DNA from: Oscillospiraceae bacterium
GTDB lineage: Bacteria; Bacillota; Clostridia; Oscillospirales; Oscillospiraceae
DNA: 64,000 bases
Direction of reading: 5' to 3'
NCBI GenBank assembly: GCA_017938625.1
Contig: JAGBBD010000029.1
Span: forward strand, 70-64,069
Below the pieces are notes generated by a model. The model was not told the DNA's origin, did no database searches, and worked only from the letters and a program-made list of their open reading frames with translations. The translations under genes and the position numbers were made by a program. This document shows positions 62,890 to 64,000 of the stretch, in pieces. The stretch's first letter is position 1, and each line of letters begins with the position of its first letter.

Positions 62890-63996
62890 TCAGCTCAAGG
62901 CGCTAACCAGCGCGTCGGGGTCGAACTCGATGATGTCCTCGATGTCCTCCGCAGGGGTGTAGGGGGTCATGTACTGGTGGAAGGTGATCTTACCGTTCAT
63001 CAGGTCGGTAACGGGGTTCTCCTCCTCAAGATACACGATCTCGTCACGGGCGGCAGCGCCGATGGCAACATAGCTGTTGCCGCGCACGTTCTCGCTGTCC
63101 ACAATAGCCTCGATCAGCCGCTTGTTGAGGGGGCTGTCAACCTTCTGGAAGTAGGTCAGGATGAAGCTATTGGCGCGCCAGCTCATGTAGCGGCGGCAGG
63201 AGAAAAAGCTGTCCTTGGGGTCGGTGTTGCCGGGGTAAGCGCAGGTGCGGTTGCCCCACAGGCGGAAGCCGTTCATGTTCAGCCAGGTAGCGATACCGTA
63301 ACTGTTTACGACGTTGGCCTGGTCCTGGTCCAGCAGCACCTCCGTACCGTCAGCCAGGCACATAGCGCTGATTGCGATAGGCTTGTTGCTGGGGTTTGCG
63401 GGGATGTCGTCGTTGGCCGCATCGGTGTATGCAGTCAGGGCGGCAGCCAGAGCGGAGCCGCTGTACATCACTTCGCCCAGCTTGCAATAGCCCCACACGC
63501 CGTAGGCGTTGGGGTCAGTGAGAGCCTGCGCTTCCTTCTGCTCCTTCACGTCGGCGTACTTGGTAGCGCCGTTCTCGGAGCTGTCCACGTCCGCGATGCA
63601 CACGCACTTGAACACGCCGTTGATCTCCTTGGTTTTTGCCTGCAAAGCAGCGCTTACGGTGGCGTCCGCGCTGTAACGGGGTGCGACCAGGATGCCGGGG
63701 GTCAGGCCCAGCTTGGGGTAAACCTGACGCACCACTTCCAGGCCGGTCTCCTTGCCGGTGGCAGCGTCCACGCCGCCCACGATGTCGGCAGCGGTCACCA
63801 GCTTGGCGTCCACCTTCTTGCCGCTCACGGTCAGGTTGGTAGCGCCGTCACCAGCGCCGCCCTCGATCAGGACGATGCTCACGGTGCCGTCGGCATTGTA
63901 CACGGCGGTGTAGTCCACGTCTGCGGCCAGCTCGGTCTCGCCATTCTTGACCTTCATCTCGGCCAGCAGCACGCCCTTCTCCTCGATCACAGCCAC
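62890..63996 (-). CDS. Contractile tail sheath protein (probably 5'-truncated by the window edge)
   Basis: Sheath C-terminal domain pattern (…NGFRLWGNRT…). The frame is open to within 4 nt of the window end, so the true start is likely beyond 64000. Confidence 0.85.
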   Translation of the reverse strand: MAVIEEKGVLLAEMKVKNGETELAADVDYTAVYNADGTVSIVLIEGGAGDGATNLTVSGKKVDAKLVTAADIVGGVDAATGKETGLEVVRQVYPKLGLTPGILVAPRYSADATVSAALQAKTKEINGVFKCVCIADVDSSENGATKYADVKEQKEAQALTDPNAYGVWGYCKLGEVMYSGSALAAALTAYTDAANDDIPANPSNKPIAISAMCLADGTEVLLDQDQANVVNSYGIATWLNMNGFRLWGNRTCAYPGNTDPKDSFFSCRRYMSWRANSFILTYFQKVDSPLNKRLIEAIVDSENVRGNSYVAIGAAARDEIVYLEEENPVTDLMNGKITFHQYMTPYTPAEDIEDIIEFDPDALVSALS

Positions 63997-64000
63997 GCCG

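Larger units (their letters stand above)
40536..64000 (-). mobile_element. Prophage late region (contractile-tail, P2/PBSX-like), partial; continues beyond the window
   Basis: Collinear minus-strand genes: sheath, tube, chaperone, tape measure, gpX/D/V/W/J/I/H-like, DGR, XkdX, XhlA, holin-like, endolysin, holin. No integrase, att site or head genes lie in the window, so completeness is unknown. Confidence 0.9.

Overview
This 64-kb window comes from a roughly 55-60% GC Clostridia-type Firmicutes chromosome. Gene content resembles Oscillospiraceae or Faecalibacterium, but that taxon is only an inference. Positions 1-39.2 kb are ordinary core chromosome. They carry two glucan/glycoside loci (GH13 + GH38; glgP + GH13), a long Bacillus-type SRP RNA, acpP, the dGTPase-dnaG-rpoD cluster, yigZ, hflX, rpmE, xpt, azlCD, trmO, a csoR-copA copper operon, a B12/radical-SAM enzyme, a T-box-controlled alaS, HIT/HAD genes, comEC-holA, an ABC-F ATPase, mrp, trmK, nif3, an M20 amidohydrolase and a two-subunit class I fumarate hydratase. 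An IS30-family element lies at about 39.2-40.5 kb. From 40.5 kb to the window edge lies the minus-strand late region of a P2/PBSX-like contractile-tail prophage, which runs off the window: sheath, tube, chaperone with a predicted -1 frameshift, tape measure, gpX/D/V/W/J/I/H-like baseplate and fibre genes, then the lysis cassette. The main finding is a complete diversity-generating retroelement (DGR) between the tail-fibre genes and the lysis cassette. It consists of a 610-aa fibre-like target gene whose last ~128 nt (VR) match a non-coding template repeat (TR) 791 nt downstream, plus an Avd-like gene and a reverse transcriptase. The VR and TR differ at 21 positions, and every one is an adenine in the TR. 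Unassigned ORFs around the DGR, one of them translationally coupled to the RT, and a SAP-domain/XRE pair at the prophage end are the least-explained parts. No rRNA, tRNA or CRISPR array was seen.
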